DNA of 64,000 nucleotides from Candidatus Poribacteria bacterium (lineage in GTDB: Bacteria; Poribacteria; WGA-4E; WGA-3G): the NCBI GenBank assembly GCA_965197475.1, contig CBDANF010000002.1, forward strand, positions 992,001-1,056,000, given 5' to 3'. The translations under genes were made by a program, and so were the position numbers. The notes under the pieces were generated by a model that made no database searches, was not told the DNA's origin, and saw only the letters and a list, made by a program, of their open reading frames with translations. Positions 31,127 to 40,844 of this stretch are shown one piece after another (the first letter of the stretch is position 1; every line of letters begins with the position of its first letter).

Positions 31127-32767
31127 TCAAACTTTCTCAGACACCTTCTCAGCCAACCTCATAAGTGCAGGGGACATGTCAGATTTTTCAAGTTCTGCTT
31201 CAATCAGGACAAAATGTTGCGTCTCTGCAAGTGCAGCTTTCATAGCACTGTCAAATTCACCTTCGGTACGGACAGCAAACGCGCGTCCTGCTCCTAACAT
31301 TTCCGGTAGATGAGTATAACGCCAATTTACTATATCATTAAAAGGCCCTTCAACGAGAGGACGCATGGTCCCGTAACCGTGGTTGTTGAGAACAAGAATA
31401 ATCGGGTTAAGTCCATAACGGATAGTTGTTGAGAGTTCGGTTCCTGTCATTTGAAAAGCACCATCGCCGACAATAACAAGTGGTCTTGAACCGGGTTTAG
31501 CAAGTTGCGCGCCAACTGCAGCGGGAATTGCAAACCCCATTGAGGTATAGTATGCCTGAGAAATAAATTCCGTGTGTTCCGGTAGACGTAAATCCGCAGC
31601 ACCCCAAAGGCAGTCACCCACATCGGGAATAACCGTCAGCTCATCACGCAGAAATTGATTGAGATGTTGAAATAGGCGTTTCACTGTTATAGTTTGGTCG
31701 GGGGCCATAACAAAAGACTCTGCCACTTCCAGTACCCATTCCAAATTCACTTCAGGACGTTTGTGGAGTTGCGGAGAACACAAACCCTCCATAAAATCCT
31801 CAAACGTAACATCTTCATACGTGGAGTAACAGACGGTGATTTTATCTGAGGTGGCATAGACACAACGACTTCGCGCAAGGTTTGCCGTGTAAATCCCAAG
31901 GTTAACATCGGTCATGAAAGCACCAAGAATAATAAGACAATCAGAGGTTTCAACAAGTGTTGTGATTTCTGTTCTACCCATCGCACCACCATAAATACCT
32001 AAGTAAAGTGGATGCGCCTCCGGCATCACCGATTTCCCCAACAACGTTGTTACCACTGGGATCTGTTTTTCTTCGGCAAACCGAAGTAATTTGTCTCGAA
32101 ATCGGAATCTATGCAGTTCAGCACCTGCTAAAATGACAGGATTTTCGGATTGATTTATGAACGCAATCGCATTCGATAGAGCAGCATCTAACGTTTCGGA
32201 GTCACTGTGGTGTCCACCCGTTGAAGGACGTTGGTGCACTGATCCTTGTATTCCTACCATATCGCGTGGCAGTTCAATATAGCCCGGACGCTTATGCCAA
32301 TAGACTGCATCCAACACTCTGTCTATCTCGTTAAAGGCGGTAAAAGGTTCGTCAAGTAGTGCTGATGCGACGGTTATCTCTTCATAGATACGTTGTTGTG
32401 TAAAAAAATCTTTACCTTTATGATGTAAAAGTGCACCCTCAGTGCGCTCCTTTATCCCTGGGCTACCGCTAATGACAACAAGTGGTGATTTTTCAGCGTA
32501 GGCAGCGGTGACCGCGTTAATCATAGATAAACCACCAACTCCATAAGTCACACACGCAGCCCTCATGCCGTTTGTGCGGGCATAAGCATCTGCAGCAAAT
32601 CCCGCTGTTTCTTCTCGCGTTGTGCCGATGTGCTGAATAGGGCTCTGCTCAATCATATCAAAGAACTGCACTACATAATCGCCAGGTATGCCGAAAATGT
32701 GATCGATCTCGTAACTCTTTAGTTTTTTCAGAAGGTACTCACCGATTGTTAGTTGTTTATTTGACAT
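31127..32767 (-). CDS. thiamine-diphosphate alpha-keto acid decarboxylase (indolepyruvate/pyruvate decarboxylase family)
   Basis: FGIPGDY, TYGVGGLS, LLHH and GDGAFQMTG..NN.GY motifs. Confidence 0.9.
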   Translation of the reverse strand: MSNKQLTIGEYLLKKLKSYEIDHIFGIPGDYVVQFFDMIEQSPIQHIGTTREETAGFAADAYARTNGMRAACVTYGVGGLSMINAVTAAYAEKSPLVVISGSPGIKERTEGALLHHKGKDFFTQQRIYEEITVASALLDEPFTAFNEIDRVLDAVYWHKRPGYIELPRDMVGIQGSVHQRPSTGGHHSDSETLDAALSNAIAFINQSENPVILAGAELHRFRFRDKLLRFAEEKQIPVVTTLLGKSVMPEAHPLYLGIYGGAMGRTEITTLVETSDCLIILGAFMTDVNLGIYTANLARSRCVYATSDKITVCYSTYEDVTFEDFMEGLCSPQLHKRPEVNLEWVLEVAESFVMAPDQTITVKRLFQHLNQFLRDELTVIPDVGDCLWGAADLRLPEHTEFISQAYYTSMGFAIPAAVGAQLAKPGSRPLVIVGDGAFQMTGTELSTTIRYGLNPIILVLNNHGYGTMRPLVEGPFNDIVNWRYTHLPEMLGAGRAFAVRTEGEFDSAMKAALAETQHFVLIEAELEKSDMSPALMRLAEKVSEKV

Positions 32768-32876
32768 ATAAAGTCCTATAACTACGCGTGACCACAGATT
32801 ATAAAAGAATGATATTGACCACCTATTAATATGGTTAGTTCATTTGTTAGGCAACATCGTCCTACTAATTAAGCTG

Positions 32877-33617
32877 TTATTCATTGATGTAATCTGAACG
32901 CAACTCAAAGGTATGCTGTGACCATCTGCCTGTGCGCACATCAAGTTCAGCTTCAATTGCCTTAATATCTTCCAATTCCCCGTAAGCAGTGGAATCTTCG
33001 GAATTAGCAAACTCAAACTCAACCAGCCGGTGTGGAGATTCACCATAGTAGTTGTCGTAAGAGGCTATTGTTTTCAACTGAGACGGTCCAACTGTCGTAG
33101 CAGAAACGGATTCAACCCAATCCAGATATGCTTGTTTTCCACCAAGAGGATAATCAATCAACAAAACGCCTTTAACCGGCCAGTTCCCTTCATCGGTTTT
33201 TGCATAATCAGAACGCAGGATAAATGTGTGCACGGTTACATCGCTTGCATGGTTTGGAATGTCACTCATAATATCGGCTATCTCAGGGCGATTCAGATAT
33301 GTTGCCATATCAAGAAAACTATCAAATTCATACTCAACAAGTCGATTCGGACTCATAGTTTGGTCTTGATTGTCATAAGAGCGTATCCTACGGACCTCTT
33401 CAGGGGCTTGCAGAGTTGGAACAAGAGATCTAACCCATTCAATATAAGCATCTTTTTCACCTTCTGGATAGTCAATTAGCAAAACAAACTTCACCGGAGT
33501 CGCTTCTTCAGGTGGCATGGAATCCATTACTACGTCTTGTACACGCTGACAACCTATAAGTACAATTACCGCAACGAAAAAACATATTAAAAATAAACTA
33601 CCGAATTTTGATGTCAT
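32877..33617 (-). CDS. lipoprotein with two tandem EthD/dimeric alpha-beta barrel-like domains
   Basis: lipobox LIGC; internal duplication LLIDYP.G.K.AY..WV...SYDN...SP.RLVE.EF. Confidence 0.6.
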   Translation of the reverse strand: MTSKFGSLFLICFFVAVIVLIGCQRVQDVVMDSMPPEEATPVKFVLLIDYPEGEKDAYIEWVRSLVPTLQAPEEVRRIRSYDNQDQTMSPNRLVEYEFDSFLDMATYLNRPEIADIMSDIPNHASDVTVHTFILRSDYAKTDEGNWPVKGVLLIDYPLGGKQAYLDWVESVSATTVGPSQLKTIASYDNYYGESPHRLVEFEFANSEDSTAYGELEDIKAIEAELDVRTGRWSQHTFELRSDYINE

Positions 33618-33684
33618 AATTATCTCCTTTGAAATAGTAAAGTTTTACAGTTTTATTTTGAGGTGGGACGTTTTCCCGCCTGCG

Positions 33685-34597
33685 TTAATTATCAAACAAA
33701 GTAGGCTGCATCGCCTTCCCCGTCCACGGGTTGGTGAGCGAAGGCAACGTCAATATTGGTCTCCACTTCTCACCGTGCTTGTAGTATTCCTCAATAGAAA
33801 AACACTGGATCGACTCATAACTGCTTTCACCGATGCGTACTGGATCCAAATCGTGCCGCCACCGATGTGAAGGTTGTGTAGTCAGTGTGATAAGAATACC
33901 AATCGCTGCGCTGTGCTTACGGATAGTGTTTTGTAACCGATCATATTTAGCGTATTGCGCGCCTGTTGCACCGGTGACCTGCACGACAATGCCTTTCTTG
34001 TCCATGTTATCGGGTTTATTGAGTAGCATACCGAACCCATCTATACCGTCATCACCAACTTTCTGCGGGTTCGCAGCCAAGCCATCTATCAGCGATAACG
34101 CCCAGTCTTGAAATTTGAAATGGTCAGATTTGGCGAGTTCGGTTGCGGTTTGCATGTCAACAGGAATACCATACACCGGCATCTTCGTTACGAGTCGATG
34201 CTGGTTAATCAACCGCAACGCGAAGGGAAGAATGTCAATACCGATTGCACTACGATTGTTATTCCGAGCTGCCGCAATTGTGGTGCCACATCCGCAGAAC
34301 GGGTCCAAAACGAGGTCGTCAACGTTACTGGACGCTCTGATAATCCGTTCGTAGAGAGATACTGGTTTTTGTGTTGGGTAGCCGAGATTCTCGTTTTTAT
34401 AGTGTTTTATGGGGTAGATATCACTCCACCAATCTTCAGGAATTTTGCCTCCACTCGGATGCATTTTTCTACTATTGAATTCCATTCCACCCGAAGGCTT
34501 TCCTCCATATTTACTTCTTTCTACGGTTGATTCCGCGTATGGAATACGGATTTCGTCACAGTTAAATATAGGATTGTCCTTCCCATAAAATAATAAT
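33685..34597 (-). pseudogene. N6/N4 DNA methyltransferase (beta class) with C-terminal Mrr-like domain; 5' part lost at the IS
   Basis: GYPTQKP..L.ERII, VLDPFCGCGTT and D.GIDG motifs; DPPY/F part missing; extra frameshift near 34500. Confidence 0.8.
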
Positions 34598-35581
34598 GGC
34601 TCATGTTATGAGTGAGTGCGTTGGACGAGTCGTGATATAAACTCAGTAGTAATAGATTTGAGATTAATAACAAATTCACAGATAGCGATATATCCCGAAA
34701 GGAACTTTTTATGAACACCGCGAAATGGGCGGAGAAAGTTACGAACCGTTGTCCACACACCTTCAATCGTGTTGATGTGGATTTCAAAAATACCATCCGC
34801 ATCGTCATCCCTCGCCCATTCGCCATCACCATGACACACGCTCGCATGAGAACGATCAATACGATTATAGCCTCGCCATCCATCTGTATATACAGTAGCA
34901 GTGGGGAGCGTGAACTGATGCACGTGTGATGAGAGTGTAGCACTATCGGTATGATGTGCCACACGCAATCGGACACGCTTACTTTTGCGCCCGATCGTGC
35001 CGACTATAGGTGGACGATCATTCGCATAAGTGCCATGACCTCTGCGTTTATTACCACGCCGACGCGGTGGATCCTTCAGGTCTTTATGCGGTTCTCCTTT
35101 TTCACCTGCGTTTTGAAACATCTCATCTGTTTCTGTTGCAGTGTCCAGCAAAGCTACCTCAGGTTGCATCATCTCGGCAGATGCCGAAGCACACGCCGTA
35201 TGGAAAGCACCGCTTGACGACTGATATTGAGTTCGCGTGCCAATTGAGCGGAAGAAAAACCTTTGCAAACACCTTGCAAAAGCAGAACTACCTGTGAAGG
35301 ACGATACTGTTTTTGAGCAAACACTGTCCCACTATAGAGGTTATATACACCCTTACATACTTTACAGCGGTAAACCTTTATGCGACTTGTTTTTGTTGTT
35401 CTAAAATAGCGTGCCTCCGCCACGCTCACATCGCAATGTGGACAGTGTAAACCCTGGGGATGGAAATGGTTTAGCAACCATTCCGCCGCGCGTTCGTCAT
35501 CAATTAAAGAAAGTATTGGAAAATCCATATGCTATACTATAGCAGAAAGAAAGAAAAAAGCACTTGCTTTTTACATGAGCC
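34598..35581 (-). mobile_element. IS1595 family element, second copy, frameshifted transposase, no TSD
   Basis: near-identical to 10362-11346; 1-bp deletion (CTTCAGGC to CTTCGGC) splits the ORF; flanks ATAATAAT and GAAGTCTT differ. Confidence 0.92.
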
Positions 35582-35808
35582 GAAGTCTTTTGTCCTAAAA
35601 TCTCTACCGTACGTTGACATGTTTTACAAACATTTAACAACTTGGTTTCGTTGATGGATGATAATCTTCGTTCAGCTTGTGCCTTAAGCATTTCCTGATA
35701 TCGAGGTTTAGACAACGAAGAGGGAAGTAATTTTCCGATATATCTAAAGGTTCTTTCCTTATAGCGATCAGGAATTAGGGCTAAAGCAGTGAGTATTTCT
35801 GGGAGCAC
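35582..35808 (-). pseudogene. possible 5' gene fragment truncated by the IS
   Basis: open frame downstream of the operon that runs into the IS end. Confidence 0.35.
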
Positions 35809-35856
35809 TGGCAGTATTTTCCTATGGTATTGCTTTGAACTTAAGTTGATAATCCA

Positions 35857-36795
35857 CTAATATTCACGTTGTTCTTTGAAGGCTCGGTGCAGGAAATACA
35901 CTGTAGAGATGCCGAGACCGATGAGGATAAAAAGCAGAACAATGGCAGTACCGAGGCGACTCTTTGACTCACTGTCATCTTGGGTTTCAGGTTTGGGTGC
36001 TTCAGGCGTTGTTGTTTTTATTGGGGGTGTTGGTTTGCGAGGTGTAGGTGCAGGGATTGTTACTCTTTCTGGTTTTGATACGGTTCCTATTTTCTGGGGT
36101 GCTAAAGGGATGATGTCCGCCACGGTTACGCCAAAGGATGTTGGTAGGTCGCCAACTGTCCAACCTGTGCCAGTAGTTTCACAGTAGTAATATTTCGTGC
36201 CATTGTAGGTGACTGAGACACCATTGAAGTTACCGCTGACTCCCAGTGCTATGTGCCCGGGCATGAAGATGAGTGCTGTCTTCTCACCTAATCCTTGTAG
36301 GATGGCAGCAACTAAAATAGTGGTGTCTTCGCAATCGCCGCCGCCGTCAATCAATGTTTCAATGGCGTAACGGCGAAACTCATCGTAACCTGTGGTCACG
36401 TCATCGAGGGTATATGGCAAAGATTGGACGAAACTCAGAACAAAGTCGATACGATCCGGTTTTGACCATTCACTGTGCCGTTTGAAGATGTTCTGAAATT
36501 CGCGTGTAAGGTTTCCAATCGTTGTTCTTCCCTCTTCAACTAACTGCGGAATATCATAGCGCTCTTTACCATCGTAGGAATTATATTTTTCGATGTCGAT
36601 TGTCATTAGCGCTGTATAGGATTTTCCTTTAAAATTCCAGACGTACCGTTTCCCGATTGTCTGTCTGGTATTCGGAGGACGCTGTTGGACAATTCCGTCT
36701 ATGATTCGGACATAGTTAAGTGCATCTTGCGCATCACTATTTGGAGTTATAAGTAGGCTGCCCAGAAGTAGAGTGATAAACAGTCTAATGTACAT
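35857..36795 (-). CDS. exported transglutaminase-like (Cys-His-Glu/Asp) protein with C-terminal TM anchor
   Basis: signal peptide, FVQSLPY, GDCED, GHIALG and YY.ETT motifs, Pro-rich linker, C-terminal TM. Confidence 0.8.
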   Translation of the reverse strand: MYIRLFITLLLGSLLITPNSDAQDALNYVRIIDGIVQQRPPNTRQTIGKRYVWNFKGKSYTALMTIDIEKYNSYDGKERYDIPQLVEEGRTTIGNLTREFQNIFKRHSEWSKPDRIDFVLSFVQSLPYTLDDVTTGYDEFRRYAIETLIDGGGDCEDTTILVAAILQGLGEKTALIFMPGHIALGVSGNFNGVSVTYNGTKYYYCETTGTGWTVGDLPTSFGVTVADIIPLAPQKIGTVSKPERVTIPAPTPRKPTPPIKTTTPEAPKPETQDDSESKSRLGTAIVLLFILIGLGISTVYFLHRAFKEQREY

Positions 36796-36801
36796 AATGA
36801 A

Positions 36802-37536
36802 CTATCCTTCTGTTAGGGTCGTCTGTTCAGAGGGATAAATTAGTAGAATCTCAATGCGACGATTTTTGGCTTTTAACTGTCTGGTTTTATTGTGCGCTTT
36901 GAGTTTCTCTGGTGTATATGTGCTATCTCGAACTGAACGTTGAACAGGTTTATACTCACCGAAAGAGGTTGCTGACATCAGATGCCTTGCTGGGTCTATT
37001 CTAATCTCGTGTTGGAGAAATCTAAATACTTCAATTGCACGTAATGCTGCAAGATGTAGATTAGAACGTTCAATACCAGGAGTGTCAGGATCTGCATGTC
37101 CTTGAATTTGTATTTCGCTGAAGTTTTGCAGATTTTTTTTAATTTGACGACCTACAATCAGAAGTGTTTTCTTCCCTTCTTCGTTGAGAGCATATCTATC
37201 TGGTTTAAACAAGATGCGGTCACTAAAACTGTAACGTTGCAGCGTTGCTTCGTTTTTTATCTCAATTTTCGCGTTACCCCCATTTTCAAGTGAGATCACA
37301 AAAGTATCGGTCTCGGTCTCTTTCGGTTTCGGTTTAACATCGTACTGTTTAGCGATAGCGCGGATCATCGCCATCTGGTTTTCTTTTACTTTTGAGGGAA
37401 TAATATCTCCATTAGGATCAGGTACAGAAAAGGAAGCGATAACTGCAAACACTACAATGACTAATATCAAAACAAGTGTCAGCATCAAGTCTGAAAAGGA
37501 CGGCCAGAAATTGAAATCTAATGTATTTTCTTCCAT
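36802..37536 (-). CDS. ZorB/MotB-like OmpA-domain stator subunit
   Basis: FWPSFSDLM TM with the conserved Asp; LF, GHAD, N..L...RA and NRRIEI OmpA-C motifs. Confidence 0.88.
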   Translation of the reverse strand: MEENTLDFNFWPSFSDLMLTLVLILVIVVFAVIASFSVPDPNGDIIPSKVKENQMAMIRAIAKQYDVKPKPKETETDTFVISLENGGNAKIEIKNEATLQRYSFSDRILFKPDRYALNEEGKKTLLIVGRQIKKNLQNFSEIQIQGHADPDTPGIERSNLHLAALRAIEVFRFLQHEIRIDPARHLMSATSFGEYKPVQRSVRDSTYTPEKLKAHNKTRQLKAKNRRIEILLIYPSEQTTLTEG

Positions 37537-37610
37537 GGGTGTTCTTCGGTTTATTTTGTGGTTGATGATATCTGAAACAGATAATGGATCAAGTATTAGA
37601 ACAGACTGTG

Positions 37611-39752
37611 CTACTTTCCGTCGTTGTTAGTTTGAGATTCGGATGTGGTCTGTTCAGGAGGTTTTTTTCGCGAGAATTTATTCCAAATTTTACCTACAAT
37701 TGATCCCTTCTGCTTCCGTTTGGATCCAGATGAGCTTTCCTGCTTTCCCAGTGTATTGACAGCATTCGCTAAGGTTTTAGAATGCTGGGAAATCTCGTTT
37801 ATAGAGGTATTGAGTTTTTCTATACTTGCTGTTAGAGGGGTAACATCGGCTTTATCTACTTTTTCCACGAATTGTTGTGAGGCTGTGCCTAACGTTTTAA
37901 CATGTCCCTCAATTGTTGCGATGGACTGGCTGAGCATCCCTGAATCTGATGTAAAGGTTTTGATTGCACTATCAAGGTTGTTTATGTCGTCGGTCAGACC
38001 ACCGACACTAGTACTCAGTTCATTAACAGCATTTTGTTGATTTTTACTGCTCTCGTCTAATTGGTTTAATAAAGTTACAATCTTTTGATTTAGATCCTTG
38101 ACTCCGTTAAGTTGTTCCTCGTATTTTTCATTCTGTTCTCTTATTTCTTTCTGCAGATCTCCAACAATATTTTGCATATATCTAACTAAATCTGCAAAAG
38201 TGCCTCTCATATGTTCTGCTGCATCTTGGAGTGGTTCATCAAAGTTCTCTAAACGATTGTTTAGGGTTTCTAATTCAGCGACAAGAGTACCTAATTGGTC
38301 ATTTAGTGTTTGTTGAACATGTCCGAGTTCTGTTTTCAACTGATCTTGCATATCTGAAAACTGCTGTTTGTTAGCATTATTTATTCCTTCAAACCACTCT
38401 CGGTTCTCTGTATATATACTTGTATTTGTCTCTGTTGCCTTATTTATAAATTCTTGTAGTTCAGTACTAATTTCTTGGTGTGAATTGATATAGGTAGTCT
38501 CATAACTTTTTAGTGCATTTAAAGTATGGTCAATAACCTCAATGACATTTGAAATGTTTTGATTCTGATCATCTAACTTTTCCGTTTGTAAGTCTAATTT
38601 CTGGTTCGCTGCATCTTGAAATTGTTCGTGGAGGTTGCGAATCTCATCTTGAAAACCGGTGAGTTGGGTAACACTTGATGAAAATTCTTTTGAAAACTTA
38701 TCCAGGCTTGCCGTGAAGCCTGTATTTAACACATCAGCAGCAGTACTAATGTCCGATGCTGCTTTATTAATTTGCGTCACTGAATCTGATAGTGGTTGTG
38801 TAATAGCAATAGCCTGCGTTAGACTCTCGTTGAATTCATCTATATTGCCATGCACTTTTTGGACTGATTCACTAAACTGTGCTGCAGTCTCAAATCCTTT
38901 TTGCATCTGAGATTCGCTTTTCTGAAGCGTTTGCATGAGTTTTTGTGAAGTGGTCGGATAGAGTTGGGGTACCCAGACGGTGAGCGTCAATCGCTCCAGA
39001 GTGGATTTAACAGGGTGACATGCGGATTGCAAATAGATGCCGTAAAGAATAACGCCCAAAATAGTGAAAAAGATCCCACTAATGCTCGGTGCAAGAGCAC
39101 CTTTCATCTTTTCAAGAAGGACCCCCAACGCCTGGGTCATCTTTTCGTTATTTTCTGCGGAGTCTTTGTTTACTGCACCCCCTTCCAAATCGTTATTTTC
39201 TGTGGAGATTTCGTTTGCTGCACGCTCCTTCAAAGGTGGAAAAAGTTCTGTTATACTGTCGGCGAGTCCGAAGAGCGTCCCAAATAGTCCAATCACGATA
39301 AAAACTGCCAACATAGAACGAAAAAGGTTGTTCCATTTAAATAGGTCAGCTGTGGTGTGATTAATTAACTCACCGACTTCAAGACGGGTTTCATCGCAAC
39401 CCGCTAAGAAAATGGCTTTGAGATGTTTTGCTATCGGAGAACGTCTGTTAAGGCTGCTTTCCTTGCAAAATTCGCTAAACACATTTTCAGGATCAGCTTT
39501 TTGGTCGTCATCTTCATGTCCACGATCCTGTTCATGTCCACGATCCTGTTCATGTCGGGCAGTAACGAGCGGTTGAATATTCTTACAGTTTTCGATTTGT
39601 ATCCGTTCTGTCCGCAACCAACGCCAATATCTGATGAGTCCGATAAGCCAAACGGAAAAGAAACCTATCAAGAATGTTATAATACCTATAGCGATTGGAT
39701 TTGCAGGAAATAGGTATTCGGTAAAGAATGACGGCATAAGTGTTACATCCAC
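37611..39752 (-). CDS. ZorA-like MotA/TolQ/ExbB channel subunit with ~400-aa coiled-coil tail
   Basis: 3 TM segments with IGLFGT and A...SI.G motifs followed by a long heptad-rich tail; precedes the OmpA gene. Confidence 0.8.
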   Translation of the reverse strand: MDVTLMPSFFTEYLFPANPIAIGIITFLIGFFSVWLIGLIRYWRWLRTERIQIENCKNIQPLVTARHEQDRGHEQDRGHEDDDQKADPENVFSEFCKESSLNRRSPIAKHLKAIFLAGCDETRLEVGELINHTTADLFKWNNLFRSMLAVFIVIGLFGTLFGLADSITELFPPLKERAANEISTENNDLEGGAVNKDSAENNEKMTQALGVLLEKMKGALAPSISGIFFTILGVILYGIYLQSACHPVKSTLERLTLTVWVPQLYPTTSQKLMQTLQKSESQMQKGFETAAQFSESVQKVHGNIDEFNESLTQAIAITQPLSDSVTQINKAASDISTAADVLNTGFTASLDKFSKEFSSSVTQLTGFQDEIRNLHEQFQDAANQKLDLQTEKLDDQNQNISNVIEVIDHTLNALKSYETTYINSHQEISTELQEFINKATETNTSIYTENREWFEGINNANKQQFSDMQDQLKTELGHVQQTLNDQLGTLVAELETLNNRLENFDEPLQDAAEHMRGTFADLVRYMQNIVGDLQKEIREQNEKYEEQLNGVKDLNQKIVTLLNQLDESSKNQQNAVNELSTSVGGLTDDINNLDSAIKTFTSDSGMLSQSIATIEGHVKTLGTASQQFVEKVDKADVTPLTASIEKLNTSINEISQHSKTLANAVNTLGKQESSSGSKRKQKGSIVGKIWNKFSRKKPPEQTTSESQTNNDGK

Positions 39753-39813
39753 TGGAATTTATCTATTGTCAGTCTTCCTGTAATTGAGTTTTGTAAATTC
39801 GTTTTATTTCCAA

Positions 39814-40824
39814 CTATGTCTCCTGTAATTCTAATATTCCTTTTTCCTTAAGTTTCCATGTTTCCTTTGCATCATCTGGTTCAAAGATTGCTGGTTTAAT
39901 AAGTTCCATGATCCGATAATTGCTTCGATCATCAAAATGAGAACAATTAAACACTTCGCCAAAAGCCCCTGGAAAATAGGTGGAACGTACCACTACTAAA
40001 TCATAAACCGGAACAACTGCATATAACATTTCCACTTCAATATATAATGCCAAAAAACAACCTGCAGAGCTAGTTTTGAAAATAGGGTCAATATCCACCT
40101 GTGGCTTTAGGAAACGTTCTTCAGCGTTTACTACATCTAACTTGAAATTTTGCTGATATTTACCAATAAAAATCGTCCATTTTTGTCTATCTTTAATCCC
40201 TGCATTATAACTATCACAAAATTCTATGATTTCCTGTTCCTCTATAGTAGTTTTATTTGTTTCAGAAGTTTCTATTTTATCTGTATGTACTGTGGCACTA
40301 CTGATTGTGGAATTAGCGGTAATTGTTTTGATTTGGTTAAGAATCTTTTGAGTATTCTTTTGAATATCAAGTGTTAATGCTTGATATAAATCATCAGGAT
40401 CAAATGTATCCACAGACGGTTGCACACGTCTATCAACAGCAGACAAGTCTTGCCTTAAATTGCTGTTAACTTTAGCAAGATTTTCTATCCTATATCTTAA
40501 ATCATCCAATCTTTGAGCAAGAGTTCTATATCTGAAAAAGATCCAAATAAGAAAGAATAGCAAAATCATGAGTAAAGGCACGAAAACAACCATAATTACT
40601 GTTGTTTGATCTGCAAATTTTCTATGCTGTTCGTCTAATAAACTGGTAATATCTTGATTGGGCAACGGTACTTGGTTATTATTCTGAGCTTTATGTGTTT
40701 CCTGTGTATCGGATTCAGTATCATTCTGTTGCGCGATCGTAAAAAACGGACAAACAATCAAAACAATCACCATTGTAACGTAGCAAAATATATGATATAA
40801 AGAACTAAGTTTGGTATAACGCAT
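39814..40824 (-). CDS. membrane protein with coiled coil and C-terminal beta domain
   Basis: signal/TM segment, second TM, coiled coil, C-terminal ELIKPA..W.LKEKG.L. Confidence 0.7.
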   Translation of the reverse strand: MRYTKLSSLYHIFCYVTMVIVLIVCPFFTIAQQNDTESDTQETHKAQNNNQVPLPNQDITSLLDEQHRKFADQTTVIMVVFVPLLMILLFFLIWIFFRYRTLAQRLDDLRYRIENLAKVNSNLRQDLSAVDRRVQPSVDTFDPDDLYQALTLDIQKNTQKILNQIKTITANSTISSATVHTDKIETSETNKTTIEEQEIIEFCDSYNAGIKDRQKWTIFIGKYQQNFKLDVVNAEERFLKPQVDIDPIFKTSSAGCFLALYIEVEMLYAVVPVYDLVVVRSTYFPGAFGEVFNCSHFDDRSNYRIMELIKPAIFEPDDAKETWKLKEKGILELQET

Positions 40825-40844
40825 TATAGGTTTGCTCCATTATG

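Noticed and set aside
10362-35581. Inversion or composite transposon between the two inverted IS1595 copies
   Set aside because: Copy 1 retains its own perfect TSD on both sides, so it has not recombined with copy 2.
36802-39752. Canonical Zorya type I/II or flagellar motAB
   Set aside because: No ZorC/ZorD helicase, ZorE HNH or flagellar genes are in the window, and the long tail is unlike MotA.
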